Shown here: positions 10,814-24,809 of the stretch, piece after piece
Layout of the letters: each line of letters begins with the position of its first letter
How positions within the stretch are numbered: position 1 is the first letter of the stretch
Assembly: GCA_002269645.1 (NCBI GenBank)
Contig: NIVC01000749.1
Location: forward strand, 195,162 to 259,161
Length of the DNA stretch: 64,000 nt
Direction of reading: 5' to 3'
Source: Macrostomum lignano
Lineage: Eukaryota
Translations under genes and position numbers: made by a program
Notes under the pieces: model-generated
Told to the model about the DNA's origin: nothing
The model's database searches: none
What the model saw: only the letters and a program-made list of their open reading frames with translations

Positions 10814-12058
10814 CGCCTGCTGCCCTACTGGAGTGTTAGGAACGAGCTGACTGTTTGGAGCAACGGCAGGTGCTTGGCCATGGGAACTCGTGCCGTCATA
10901 CCGGAAGAATTGCGCCAGCGAGTGCTCGACTTAGCGCATCAAGGTCACAAGGGAGTCAGCAGGACCAAGCATCACTGCCGAGACACCGCGTGGTGGCCCA
11001 AAATGGACAGCGACATCGAGAGGTTCGTCAGCAGCTGCTCTGCGTGCATCATCAGTGAGAAGAGCTTCAAGCCGCATCGGACAGTGCTGACCCCGACCAA
11101 TTGGCCGAAGGAACCGTGGACAGAGCTGCAGATCGACTTGTTCGGAGAGCTGCACGAGGGTGCACCACAGAACTGCCGTTTCATACTCGGTGTACATGAC
11201 CTGCATTCAAAGTGGCCCGAACTGGTCTGCCTCTCTTCAGCGACGTCTGCGACTATCATCAAGAGTCTCACGGCGCTGTTTTGTCGCTGGGGCATTCCGC
11301 GCGTAATCACCACCGATGGAGGACCCCAGTTCATCTCCCAGGAGTTCAACGACTTCCTAAAGGCGTACGGCATCAATCATCGTCAGACTCCGTTCTACCA
11401 CCCTCAAGGAAATTCCGGAGTGGAGCGCCTGAACCGCGTAGTCAAAGAGGGCTTGAAGAGCCACCTTCAAGACGGCTACTCGTTCCTGGAAGCGGTGCAG
11501 TCCATCCTGTGGGCGTACCGATCGAAACCGCATGCGCTGACCGGCGTGACGCCAGCGGAGCTGATGCTCGGCCGCAAGATCACCACGCCGCTGTGGACGC
11601 TGCAGCCGAAGCGAGCGACTCGAGAGCACCCACTGGCCGATCAGATCCAGGAGCGGCAAAGACGGCAGTTCAAGCGGCTCAACAGATCCCGGCAGCCGCC
11701 GCGCCAATTCCGGGTCGGCGACCTGGTGCGAGTGCGATCTCCGCGGATGCGAGGCAAGCTGCAGAGCCACGTGTCACCACCTCTACGGGTCAGCGACATC
11801 ATCAGCCCGACGATCGTCAGGTTAGAGGACGGCTCAAGGTGGCACACCAGCCTCTGTATGCCTCATGCGGAGCCCGAGGGTGCCAGCACGACTTCGGCAA
11901 CGGCAATGCCGCCACAGCCGCCAGTGGCTGCAGAGCCGGCAGCGCCAGAAGGCCCGACGGACCCGCCGCCGGCGACCGTTGAGGCCGACGCGGAGCTGCG
12001 GCGCAGTACGCGACTGCGGGCACCACCGTTGTGGTACGGCCAGGTCGTGACGCATTGA
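10814..12058 (+). CDS. Gypsy integrase, in frame with the polyprotein after a single TAG
   Basis: 10874-7970=2904 is divisible by 3, and the codons after TAG 10811-10813 are open (RLLPYWSVRNELTVW...). HHCC finger (HQGH...CSAC) and DDE core (IDLF, TDGGPQF, GVERLNR). Confidence 0.92.
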   Translation, partial: RLLPYWSVRNELTVWSNGRCLAMGTRAVIPEELRQRVLDLAHQGHKGVSRTKHHCRDTAWWPKMDSDIERFVSSCSACIISEKSFKPHRTVLTPTNWPKEPWTELQIDLFGELHEGAPQNCRFILGVHDLHSKWPELVCLSSATSATIIKSLTALFCRWGIPRVITTDGGPQFISQEFNDFLKAYGINHRQTPFYHPQGNSGVERLNRVVKEGLKSHLQDGYSFLEAVQSILWAYRSKPHALTGVTPAELMLGRKITTPLWTLQPKRATREHPLADQIQERQRRQFKRLNRSRQPPRQFRVGDLVRVRSPRMRGKLQSHVSPPLRVSDIISPTIVRLEDGSRWHTSLCMPHAEPEGASTTSATAMPPQPPVAAEPAAPEGPTDPPPATVEADAELRRSTRLRAPPLWYGQVVTH

Positions 12059-12825
12059 TTGCCAGCTGTGAAGGGAATTAGTGACTGTTAAGGAGGAGGG
12101 TGAATGTTGTAAAGTGAGTTTACTCACTGGGTTGTTTTGCTAGTCGGTGTTTGGGGGTCAAGGGATCCGATGTACATGCGCGCTCTGTTTGTATATGTAC
12201 ATGCGTTCTCGAGTAAATATATGAATAGCTCCACCCTTTGGGTGAGGGTTTGAATTTTGTTTGTTGGACTAAACCTGACTGGCTTGTCTCTCGCTCACCA
12301 CAAGGTGTCCATTCCACTGACATTAACGAGTGACGCAAACACACACTTGTTCACTCTGGTTCACCTTGGATAGGGCCAGGAACTACGGTTTATGCAGTGT
12401 CTGACCTCCATATAAGCTAGATTTATCATTTCAAATCAGGTAAAATCATTTAGCCGATTAACATCTTCTGGCATTAGTGCAATGATAATACACTATTTGA
12501 TGCCGGTATCGGCAGACACTTGTGCTGACCTTGTAGCACTCTCTGTCCCTCAACTCGGGTGTACATGCAGCGGCCTCTCATGTTCTTGTGCAATTTTTTT
12601 ACAAAGCTTTTAATAAACAATATTTTATATTGTTGATAAAATTGCCGATTTTTGAAATCGAGACGTTGACCATTGGTTGTCGAGCAATTCATAGTTGTGG
12701 GGGCCAACCCGCAAGCCCCAGAGCACAGAGAGTGCACAGAGGATGTCGTGTTTCTCTGAAGCTTGTATAAGAATTTGAGCTAAAATTTTTGCACTGACTT
12801 TTCATATACGGCAGTCTTTTTAACG

Positions 12826-13285
12826 GTTGTGAAGTTTGGCGGTTGCGAAGTTTGGCGGTTGTGAAGTTTGGCGGTTGTGAAGTTTGGCGGTTGTGAAGTT
12901 TGGCGGTTGTGAAGTTTGGCGGTTGTGAAGTTTGGCGGTTGTGAAGTTTGGCGGTTGCGAAGTTTGGCGGTTGCGAAGTTTGGCGGTTGTGAAGTTTGGC
13001 GGTTGTGAAGTTTGGCGGTTGTGAAGTTTGGCGGTTGCGAAGTTTGGCGGTTGCGAAGTTTGGCGGTTGTGAAGTTTGGCGGTTGCGAAGTTTGGCGGTT
13101 GTGAAGTTTGGCGGTTGTGAAGTTTGGCGGTTGCGAAGTTTGGCGGTTGTGAAGTTTGGCGGTTGTGAAGTTTGGCGGTTGTGAAGTTTGGCGGTTGTGA
13201 ATTTTCGCGTTTATGAAAGTAGGTGATTTAGCGGTTGTGAAGTTTCGCGCTTACGATTTAGCGGTAGTGAAGTTTCGCGTTTGTG
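12826..13285. repeat. 16-bp minisatellite (TTGTGAAGTTTGGCGG)n with a degenerate 3' flank
   Basis: Visible tandem array, with TTGCGAAG variants. Confidence 0.95.
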
Positions 13286-14744
13286 AAAACAACCCCGTGA
13301 CCTTCGGCACAATGGATGACCGCTTGCACAGGGAATGCCACTGCAGTGGATTAGACAGACCCACTCACTTCCTTTCAGTCAGGCGAGGTCAAGAAGAAAC
13401 TTATCGGAGTTAAAATATATGAGCTGAAAAAGACTCCATAGGAAGTCTGCGCGGTCTAAAATAGGCAATTTTGTTTAACAACGCGGTTCCCGCAGCAGCA
13501 GCAGCAGCCATAAGCTGCAGGGTGATTGTGAATTCTTGCATAATTAACGACGGCGCCGCGCTTTGTCAAAGCTGAGAAGGGAGCGGGGGAGCAGTTGGAG
13601 GCTAAGGACAGATAAAGGCTAAAGACAGGGTAAGAGATTAAACTGAGGGACACTCTTATTGACTCGTTATCCACAGTTGAGCACAGAGACAGGCCAAAAT
13701 CGCATTAACGCACCATAAGTATTAATGGCCTCTATGCTCAATCGTCTCTTCCTCTCTCAAAAGCCCAGGTTTTTCCTGTCCCTCTCTCTCTCTCTCTCTC
13801 TACAACTCTGCACCGGAGAGGGGGGTAGGTGAGCAGAATGGATGGGAGCTGCTCAATTTTCCACTTCACTAAGCTTAAATTCTGGCGCGTGGTCGCCCTG
13901 GCCCCGCGCTATTCTCATCCTTAGTAAATTGCATAAGCCACTGCAGTCCCCGCCGCGCCCGCGCAACCTGTTCCCCCTTCTCCTGGAGTCCGACACTGTC
14001 CCTGCTCCCCAGTGTCGGCGAGACACCCTCATCCCAATCCTGAGCGGCTTCTCTTCCTAAAACTGATGAGTGGCTGCTATGCGCGGAGTTTGCCGCCAGT
14101 GAGTAGAAAAAGAGTAAGGAGAGAAGAGAGGCAGGGGAGACTCCAACGCGTGTCCCGGTGTGAACTTTTTACGGCTAGCTTACGGCACTCTTGCGCTGAC
14201 AAAAGCACGCCCCACCCACACGCAACTGTAAACACTGAGGCGGCTTGTGAATGAAGAGAAAAATATTCTGAAAAAAAGGTCGCATGCTCACTTTATTAAT
14301 CTTCCTGGAAGCTCTGAAGTTGCCAGACGCTTCAATTGGGGCACCTTGGCGATGAAGTGATTCTGCTCCCACAGGGTGTACAGTCAGCAGACCAGCCAGC
14401 CTGCTTTAATGAGTCACCACCCCGGTCCATACCATCAGAGAATTAAGTTTATTCAAAAAAGCGTCTTTTCGGGTCAGAGAATTATCTGCGCAATATTCGA
14501 TATTCGAAAACTTTTTTATCAAACGCTACATGCACACAAAGCTCCACCGGTGAGAGTATAATTTATCTGAAAAACTTTTTTTTCAGTACGCTACTTGCCA
14601 GACCTTTTCAATATTCTCCGCTTCATACGTTTTTATTGGCTTCCCACCCACTGGAAAGGTCTGGTAGGCATTAGATGTTGAATTCTAGCTCGTAATTAGT
14701 CAGCAGTCCTGGCTCCCGCTTGGGTCTTTGCTGCATAAATTTAA

Positions 14745-15067
<323 letters not shown>

Positions 15068-15985
15068 CTAGAACAGACTACAGTATTCCTACATGGCGCA
15101 GCAGAAGTGTCAAATGTCAATCAATTTTGCCAGCCAAAAAGCCAAATTTAAAAGCTCAGAAGAGAAATCAGTCTTGGCTGCGCATTGCTAATACTTGAAT
15201 CAGCTCATAATCGTAGCTCTTAGCAATCAAATTCCGCAGTTTTTTTGCAAGTCAGCAAAGCCATCATTCAGGCCGGAAGAGACTGGTCTCAGGACTGAAA
15301 GCAGTGAACTTGGCTGCCTCATCAAGTTGCCGGAGAAGAGAAATGTCACTTCGGCTCTCGGCTGTGGAATTCAAAGCCATACGTGCCCCATAATCTAGCG
15401 ATCGTCAATCATCATATAAAAGTCGCAATACGACCACGCGTACAATGTCCCAGCTGAGTGAAAAAATCCACTTAACTCATTGCAGGTTCAACTCAGTTCA
15501 ACACTTCTTCATCAGTTCTCCCATATAAATTTTACTCTAATGCTCGCAGGGCCTGCAGGCTGCTCTTTCACTCATCTGAGTTGAAAAGAATCTGAGCTCT
15601 TGTGCGACGCAGGCCAGCGGATCTCTTATAGACGATGAACCTGGTTTCCAATGTACGCTCAGCTGACTCCACACACAAGCGCGTTTGGGTGTACAGCCCA
15701 AATGAATGATGCCACATACATACGTGCACATACTATTGCTTTTAAAAGGGCTTCAATTCTCACTTCGTACAGACAGAATCGAGCTCAGGATGGAGAGAAG
15801 GGGAAACCAGGTGAGAGAAGGATAAGTGAGGAGACTGACAGGTACAAATGGTTGCTTATTGATCTAGAAAAAAGTGTTCTGCACTCTGCTCGGGCAAATC
15901 GATTTGCAGGTCTCTCGGAATTTTTTTTTGGATGCACTCGCCATGCACTTGCCAAATTCGCTAATTGAGTATCAATCTGACAGTA

Positions 15986-17210
15986 CGAGGGGTGATCAAA
16001 AAGTTCTGCAACCTTTTGTTATAGCTTTTAGTTATAGAATCGACAAAAGCCAAAAACTTACACATATGCGGCTATATCTGTTTGCTATATTTATATGCAC
16101 TTTTGGCTTTCAAATGTGCTCCAGTAAAATTTCACAGTCATTTATTTTCCATGTGTTTTCAGTAGCTGATGGTAACATCAAAAGACAGTGTTCTCTTCTA
16201 TATCTTAGCTGGCTGCGCCATTTCTTGGAAGGCTGGGACAGCTTCAACGATGAACCGAGGTCTGGCCGACCCCGGACATCCGTGACCGAAGATGTCGTGG
16301 CCCATGCCGATGCAATAATTCGTGAGGATTGGAGTATTTTGCTAAGATTCCTTGCCTATGAGCTTGGTGTCAGCTATGGAAGTGCTCATAACATCATGCA
16401 TGAGCAACTGGGCCGCACAAAGACCTGCGCTCGGTGGGTACCCCATCTTCTCACTCCGGAGCAGCAAGCAGAGAGGGTTCGCATCTGTCTCTTGTGGGTG
16501 CAAATGTTCGAGCCCCATGGCCCACGACGACTGTCGGATGTCATCACAGGAGACGAATGTTGGATCTCCTTCTTTTACCATGAAGGATAAGCAGTCCAAC
16601 ATGGTCTGGCTGGCAGAAGATGAGCCAAGGCCTGAGGTGCTGAAGACCGGATTCCGCAGTCGGAAGCTGATGTTCACCATTTTTTTCAACTCTCAGGGTG
16701 TTGTATCGGTGAACATCCTTCCAGCGGGTGCCACAGTGACTGCCAGGTACTACACAGACACTGTTCTGCCAGGCGTGCTGCAGGAGCGGCAGGAACGTGC
16801 GCGAACCAGGCATGGATCTCGACTCCTGCTGCACCATGACAATGCGGCACCGCACAGAGCGGCATCAACCATGGCGTACCTGGAGCAGCAGGGGGTCCGG
16901 CTGCTGCCCCATCCACCCTACTCTCCAGACCTAGCACCTTGCGACTTTTGGCTGTTCCCGAGGATCAAATCCATCATTTCTGGGAGGCCGTTTTCACGCA
17001 TGCAAGACCTTGCCTAAGCGGTACATTCAGCTCTACAGGGTATACCAACTTCGGAGTACCATGACTGCTTTCAGACATGGTGCACACGCATGCGACGGTG
17101 CATAGATAGTGGTGGAAAGTACTTTGAGGGAATGTGACACTGATTAGACGCCTCGGCTGCTGTAGCACAGAGTTGTGAGGTCACTTGCAGAACTTTTTGA
17201 TCACCCCTCG
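15986..17210 (+). mobile_element. Mariner (DD34D) DNA transposon, 1225 bp, defective
   Basis: Perfect 26-bp TIRs CGAGGGGTGATCAAAAAGTTCTGCAA (15986-16011 and 17185-17210). TA TSD on both sides. Confidence 0.95.
16215..17137 (+). pseudogene. Mariner transposase pseudogene
   Basis: EPRSGRP, WVPHLL, TGDECW, HHDNA and YSPDLAPCD, with 34 residues between the last two catalytic Asp. Lesions: N-terminal HTH largely missing, +1 T frameshift at about 16573-16576, premature TAA at 17015-17017 followed by in-frame AVHSALQ...CIDSGGKYFEGM*. Confidence 0.9.
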
Positions 17211-17774
17211 TACCTTCACTTTGTACACCTGAGCTACGTACGCATTTCTGTTATCTATCAATATAGCTGGATATAGGTACGTGGCAATTATTGCTCAAGG
17301 TACGAAAATCTCCTTGGATAAAAGTGGACATGATTAGGCAGTCAAGTCGGTAGCCTAACTCACATTTTAGCTCGTAGCTCTGTAGCCTATGTTCCAGCTC
17401 TGCTTCTAGGAGATCCAGTTGGGGATTTTCCAATCTAGAAAATAAATCTTTTGTTTAGATCTCCTTGGATTGGAATACTGAATCCAAACGTCTGCAAAGT
17501 AACCTGGAAGGCCTTGCTAGTGAGATTATCCTCGCATAATCAAGCAACTCGAATATTTGATCCGCGCAGAGAATGCAATAAGCCAAAAGCAGCGAAAGAG
17601 TGGATTAGTTGGGCTTCTTTTAATCATCTTCAGCTGATAATCCTTTCTCTATTCGAAGGTTGAATCACGATTGGCAAGAACTGATCGACATTCGAAGATC
17701 TCCCATTTTCCAAGTTGTTTGGCTTCAAAATCCTCAAACTCCTGGTCCTTGTGTTTGGAAAAGTTTGGGCATTG

Positions 17775-18530
17775 TGTACATTGTAGATTGTGACTATTGT
17801 GAATTGTGACTGTTGTAGATTTTGAATATTGTAGATTGTGAATATTGTAGAGATTGTGAATATTGTGGATTGTGGATTGTGTACATTGTAGATTGTGACT
17901 ATTGTGAATTGTGACTGTTGTAGATTTTGAATATTGTAGATTGTGAATATTGTAGATTGTGAATATTGTAGAGATTGTGAACATTGTAGATTGTGAATAT
18001 TGTAGATTTTGAATATTGTAGATTGTGACTATTTTAGATTGTGAATATTGTAGATTGTGGATATTGTATATTATTAATATTGTAGATTGTGAATATTGTG
18101 AATTTTGAATATCCTGGATTTTGAATATTGTAGATTGTGAATATTGTAGAGATTGTGAATATTGTAGATTGTGAATATTGTAGATTGTGAATATTGTAGA
18201 TTGTGAATATTGTAGAGATTGTAAATATTGTAGATTGTGAATATTGTAGAGATTGTGAATATTGTAGATTGTGAATATTGTAGATTGTGAATATTGTAGA
18301 TTGTGAATATTGTAGAGATTGTGAATATTGTAGAGATTGTGAATATTGTAGAGATTGTGAATATTGTAGATTGTGGATATTGTGAATTTTGAATATCCTG
18401 GATTTTGAATATTGTAGATTGTGAACATGGTAGATTGTGAATGTTAAAGATTGTGAATACTGTGACTATTGTAGATTGTGACTATTGGGAATTGTGAATA
18501 TCGTGGATTGTGAATTATGAATATTGGGGA
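17775..18530. repeat. 16-bp minisatellite (TTGTGAATATTGTAGA)n with variants
   Basis: Visible tandem array, with occasional 18-bp units. Confidence 0.93.
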
Positions 18531-19225
18531 TTTTAAAATCAGCCAGCATTTCCGAATGTGAAACACTCCCTTTCATAGCTAGGTAATCATAATTTACAAC
18601 TTCAACTGTACACATGCTACGCAGGTTACAAAGTGATTGCGCAACAGGACAAGCGGTCAGATTACTAACTGCCGCAGACAACAGGGTTAGACATGGCCGC
18701 ATCAGTGGGGTTGGTGGGGCAGACCCGGTCCAGATCGGCACAGACAAACACACCGAGTTCAGATAAGTCGTTGGCAATAAATATTCAAAGCGCGGCTCCG
18801 TTGCACCGGGTTCGCCGTCTCTTTGAAGTTTGCCGCCACAGAAGATTATTATACTACATGCATAATATGCATTAGATTCAGCCGTAAATTTCCTAGTAAT
18901 AGCAATACATTGCTAAAAATAATAAATAATATTCGACTTCAAAATCTGAATCAATTTCCGTTGCAAATTAATGAATCTTGAGTGGTGGTGTCTTCTAAGA
19001 AGAGAAAGCCAACATCTAACTACAGCTTATGTTGAATATTCACTGCCTTATAATGAGAAAGCATTATTGCAGTACAATTGAAATATGCGAAAGGTAGGGG
19101 CTGATTGAGGGCCTTGGGGGAAGGAAGGACGCAGAGACAGACCTATATTTAATTGTGGGCAGCCAGACATGCACAGAGGACAGGCAGATAAACACTAAGA
19201 CAAAACGATAGACAAATTTGCCTGC

Positions 19226-19548
<323 letters not shown>

Positions 19549-20043
19549 TGAGAGCAGCACAGGATGAAGCAACAGCCGCTCATGCAAGCCGCTCGGTCAC
19601 GCCAGCCTCATTAGCCAAGTTGGCTCTGACGCGATCGGCAACTTAAAGGCAGGGCAGTCAGCGGCAGAGGCAACCCTCGGCCTGCCCGCTCAAACAGGCT
19701 GGCAGTGCAGCCCGGATTAAACTGAGATGAGCTCGGGGACTCGCCTAATTCTCGAAAAATGGGAGGGCTACCTTGGGACCTTTTTACTTAAGCCAAGAGA
19801 AATAACACTCCGCGGCAGGTGAGGCGAAATTGCTTTGGCGAGAGACAGGGATAGAAAGAGAGGGGAAGTGAAAAAATGAACTAAGAGAGTTTCGGGATGA
19901 AGGCAGACTAATTAGCAGGTACAGACAGTCGCGGGCTCAAGTCATGGCTCAAAAGATTGTCTTGAGATTCTTGAGCTTCAGCTAATTCCCTGATCTGTTG
20001 GAGTCGACAGGCCTGACAGCTTTGGAAAAACATCACGGGGCTG

Positions 20044-20915
20044 TGAGGGCCCCTCCTCCTCTCTGTCCTCTCCCTCTCTCCTTCCTGTCTCCCTCTCCGT
20101 CCCCTCTCCCTCTCCTCTCCCTCTCTCTCTCTCTCTCCTCTCTCCCCCCTCTCCCTCTCCCTCTCTCTCTCTCCTCTCTCTTTCCTCTCTCCTTCTCCCT
20201 CTCCTCTCCTCTTCTCTCCCCCTCTCCCTCTCCTCTCCTGTCCTCTCCTCTTCTCCTCACTCCCCCCTCTCCCTCTCCCTCTCCTCTCCTCTCCTCTTCT
20301 CCTCTCTCCCCCCTCTCCCTCTCCCTCTCCCTCTCCTCTCCTCTCCTCTCCTCTTCTCCTCTCTCCCCCTTCTCCCTCTCCCTCTCCCTCTCCCTCTCCT
20401 CTCCTCTCCTCTTCTCCTCTCTCCCCCTCTCCCTCTCCCTCTCCTCTCCTCTCCTCTCCTCTTCTCCTCTCTCCCCCCTCTCCCTCTCCCTCTCCTCTCC
20501 TCTCCTCTCCTCTCCTCTTCTCCTCTCTCCCCCTTCTCCCTCTCCCTCTCCCTCTCCCTCTCCTCTCCTCTCCTCTCCTCTTCTCCCCTCTTCTCCTCTC
20601 TCCCCCTCTCCCTCTCCCTCTCCCTCTCCCTCTCCTCTCCTCTCCTCTTCTCCTCTTTCCCCCTTCTCCCTCTCCCTCTCCCTCTCCCTCTCCTCTCCTC
20701 TCCTCTTCTCCTCTCTCCCCCTTCTCCCTCTCCCTCTCCCTCTCCTCTCCTCTCCTCTTCTCTTCTCTCCCCCTTCTCCCTCTCCCTCTCCCTCTCCCTC
20801 TCCTCCCCTGTCCTCTTCTCCTCTCTCCCTCCTTCCCCCATTCTTTCCCTTTACTCTCCCTCATCCTCTCCCTCTCCTCTGCCTATCCTCCTCATTCTCT
20901 CCCCTTCTCTCCCAG
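20044..20915. repeat. Polypyrimidine (CTCTC/CCTCTC)n complex repeat
   Basis: Nearly pure C/T on the plus strand. Confidence 0.95.
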
Positions 20916-21689
20916 TCCTTGAATTCTACGATTATAAACCCGTTTAAAAGTGGTTTACACAGCTGATCTTGGTTACTACATCACACAGTTAATTTTTGTG
21001 TGCCCCGCCTTGCAAAAGTGCATACATGTAATTTAGCTTAGCCCTCAAGGCAAACTTGGACCGAAAAATAAGCTAGTCAAAAATCTATCTACAATGACTA
21101 AGCCAATGGGGTGTATGGAATCGATCCTATACTGTATTCTATATATTATATACTATATCCTATCGATAGCAACCCCCCTATTGCACAACAACCTTAGCAT
21201 ACTCGATGCCTACAAGTCTTGCTATATTATATAGCTCGTTCTGGCATTTTGACTGATATGGCTAACCAATCCCCACAGCGCAGAACAGGTCAATCAAATC
21301 CCCTTCAAGGATCCCTAGGGGATTATATTGGGATTTCAATTTCACCTAGATAGATGCTGGTTCAATATAGGCAGGCACACGTGTGACCTGGGCAACTCTG
21401 GTTTTTTTGCCTGGCTGATTGGGGTCAAAAATTGCTTGCCTGTCATCGTATGGGCCAATTGCTTTTACGAATTCCACGTGTTTCCGTTCGAGGAGGGTCA
21501 GGTTAGGGTTAGTTAACGCAAACAGCCTGTTGCGCCAGATAACATGCAACACACTGTTTTAGGATTATTGGCATGCGAACTGGGGAGAGAGTCAGAGAGG
21601 ACGGAAAAGACAGAAAAAGTAGAGATAGGCAAGATGGGGAGAAATAGACAAATGGAGAAATAGAATGGAGAGAGATAGATAGAGAGAGA

Positions 21690-23335
21690 GACAGACAAAG
21701 AGAGAGATAGACAAGAGAGATACACAGAGTAGAAATAGACAGGAGAGTGATAGACAGGGAGAGAGATAGACAGGAGAGAGATAGACAGGGAGAGAGATAG
21801 ACAGGCAGAGAGAGATAGACAGGGAGAGAGATAGACAGGGAGAGAGATAGACAGGCAGAGAGAGATAGACAGGAGAGAGATAGACAGGGAGAGAGAGATA
21901 GACAGGAGAGAGATAGACAGGGAGAGAGATAGACAGGGGAGAGATAGACAGGGAGAGAGATAGACAGGGAGAGAGATAGACAGGGAGGGAGAGAGATAGA
22001 CAGGGAGAGAGATAGATAGACAGGGAGAGAGATAGACAGGAGAGAGATAGACAGGGAGAGAGAGATAGACAGGGAGAGAGAGATAGACAGGGAGAGAGAT
22101 AGACAGGGAGAGAGATAGACAGGCAGAGAGAGAGATAGACAGGAGAGAGATAGACAGGGAGAGAGATAGACAGGGAGAGAGATAGACAGGGAGAGAGAGA
22201 GATAGACAGGGAGAGAGATAGACAGGGAGAGAGATAGACAGGGAGAGAGATAGACAGGGAGAGAGATAGACAGGGAGAGAGATAGACAGGGAGAGAGATA
22301 GACAGGGAGAGAGATAGACAGGGAGAGAGATAGACAGGGAGAGAGATAGACAGGGAGAGAGATAGACAGGAGAGAGATAGACAGAGAGAGAGATAGACAA
22401 GGAGAGAGATAGACAGGGAGAGAGATAGACAGGGAGAGAGATAGACAGGGAGAGAGATAGACAGGGAGAGAGATAGACAAGGAGAGAGATAGACAGGGAG
22501 AGAGATAGACAGGGAGAGAGATAGACAAGGAGAGAGATAGACAGGGAGAGAGATAGACAGGGAGAGAGATAGACAGGGAGAGAGATAGACAGGGAGAGAG
22601 ATAGACAGGGAGAGAGAGAGATAGACAGGGAGAGAGATAGATAGACAAGGAGAGAGATAGACAGGGAGAGAGATAGACAGGGAGAGAGATAGACAGGGAG
22701 AGAGATAGACAGGGAGAGAGATAGACAGGGAGAGAGATAGACAGGGAGAGAGAGATAGACAGGGAGAGAGATAGACAGGGAGAGAGATAGACAGGGAGAG
22801 AGATAGACAGGGAGAGAGATAGACAGGCAGAGAGAGAGATAGACAGGAGAGAGATAGACAGGGAGAGAGATAGACAGGGAGAGAGATAGGAGAGAGAAGA
22901 TAGGGAGAGAGATAGACAGGGAGAGAGATAGACAGGGAGAGAGATAGACAGGGAGAGAGATAGACAGGGAGAGAGATAGACAGGGAGAGAGATAGACAGG
23001 GAGAGAGATAGACAGGGAGAGAGATAGACAGGAGAGAGATAGACAGGGAGAGAGATAGACAGAGAGAGAGATAGACAAGGAGAGAGATAGACAGGGAGAG
23101 AGATAGACAGGGAGAGAGATAGACAGGGAGAGAGATAGACAGAGAGAGAGGTAGACAAGGAGAGAGATAGACAGGGAGAGAGATAGACAAGGAGAGAGAT
23201 AGACAGGGAGAGAGATAGACAGGGAGAGAGATAGACAGGGAGAGAGATAGACAGGGAGAGAGATAGACAGGGAGAGAGATACACAGGGAGAGAGATAGAC
23301 AGGGAGAGAGATAGACAGGGAGAGAGATAGGAGAG
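21690..23335. repeat. 16-bp purine-rich minisatellite (AGAGAGATAGACAGGG)n
   Basis: Visible array. It is the source of the 591/629/767-aa LSLSISLPVY pseudo-ORFs. Confidence 0.95.
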
Positions 23336-24023
23336 AAATAGTCATAGAAGAGACAATCAGGGAGCAGTAATTTTGTGAGAGTTGGGGAAGCAGGCAGAAG
23401 AGCAGAGGTCCCTGCTGCATCAGTTTTAACCCAAAGTACGGACTTATAGATGAACATTTTATTGTAGCCTTCAGCAGACAAAGAGATAAAAAATAAATCT
23501 CAAGAACTGAATCCCCCATCTTGATCGCGATAACAAACAACTGGCCAAAGCAAAGCTGCATGGTGGTTGGCCGAGGCACAAAACTTGAAAACTTCGCTAT
23601 GCAATGCAGATGGACAAACCGCAAAACCACTCTCTCAACTCCCCATGGCAACAAACCGGTGGCAGGGGGCGTTGCTGGACCGGGGAGGCTGGGTTGTGGG
23701 CTGTTGGGAAAAGGCGAGCCATGAAGCCACATCGCTTTCGATGACTCATCGCTTTCGCTATCCGCCGCCCGACTGCACTGCGCAGAAAGATCTAAGGAAG
23801 TTTCTTTAAAAGCCAAGCAAGCTAGACCGCGGATATCGTTGGGTATTCGGTATTCGAAATGTCAGTTTCCGGGCTCACGCTTTTAAGTGCAAATTCAACT
23901 GCATCCGTTTATCTCTCAACGGGCACAGTCGAACAAAGACTTCCGAAAGATGTCTGACTGTCCACCCCGTGTACACCCCGTGTGAGCGAGTTGTGCTAAA
24001 CTGGCATTTCAGCTTTTGCTCAC

Positions 24024-24127
24024 CTCGGTGAGTTTCCGACCGTCTGATCAGGAAAGTGCCGCGACAGTTGCCGTCCGCTAGGAGAAGACGTTCGGCCTCC
24101 TTCCGGGGCAGTAGGCCAGCGAACCAG
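24024..24127 (-). CDS. Src42A: Src-family kinase exon 3 (SH2 N-terminal half)
   Basis: WFAGLLPRKEAERLLLADGNCRGTFLIRRSETHR. Acceptor GCAG, donor GTGAGC. 104 nt, phases 2/1, joining to E-SYSLSV of exon 4. Confidence 0.93.
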
Positions 24128-24239
24128 CTGCGGGATTGATGGGGGAGGGCGGGGAAAACGTTAGGAAATCAAGGATGACGACCGGATCTAAGCCGACTCT
24201 TACTGACTTGCTACGGATGTCTAGACAGGTCTACAGACT

Positions 24240-24745
24240 TAGATTTTACAGACAGACTACAGTCTAGTTTTACAGACAGGCTACAGACTAATTTACAGAC
24301 ACTCTACAGACTAATTTTACAGACAGGCTACCTAGACTAATTTACAGACAGGCTACAGACTAATTTTACAGACAGGCTACAGACTAATTTACAGACAGGC
24401 TACAGACTAATTTACAGACAGGCTACAGACTAATTTACAGGCAGGCTACAGACTAATTTATAGACAGGCTACAGACTAGGTTACAGACAGGCTACAGACT
24501 AATTTACAGATAGGCTACACATTATTACAGACAGATACAGACTAATTTTACAGACAGGCTACAGACTAATTTACAGACAGGCTACAGACTAATTTACAGA
24601 CAGGCTACAGACTAATTTACAGACAGGCTACAGACTAATTTACAGACAGGCTACAGACTAATTTACAGACAGGCTACAGACTAATTTACAGACAGGCTAC
24701 AGACTAATTTACAGACAGGCTACAGACTTATTACAGACAGGGCAA
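24240..24745. repeat. 23-bp minisatellite (TACAGACTAATTTACAGACAGGC)n in kinase intron 2
   Basis: Visible array. Confidence 0.93.
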
Positions 24746-24809
24746 AAACTGTAGACCTTAATAACTACAGGCTTTTGTCAGGTGTGATTCATCAGTCCAA
24801 CGGACTCAC

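Larger units (their letters stand above)
7692..12302 (+). mobile_element. Full-length Ty3/Gypsy LTR retrotransposon (Mag-like), antisense in kinase intron 3
   Basis: LTRs 7692..7889 and 12105..12302 are 198 bp, TG...CA, and identical by eye. 5-bp TSD AGGTG (7687-7691, 12303-12307). PBS TGGCGTCGCGCAG at 7893. PPT AAGGAGGAGGG at 12090-12100. Domain order gag-PR-RT-RH-IN. Confidence 0.97.

Noticed and set aside
12826-13200. Possible CRISPR array or telomeric repeat
   Set aside because: The units are directly adjacent 16-mers with no unique spacers or cas genes, and the unit is not TTAGGG-like. The same applies to the 33-, 35-, 36- and 64-bp arrays.
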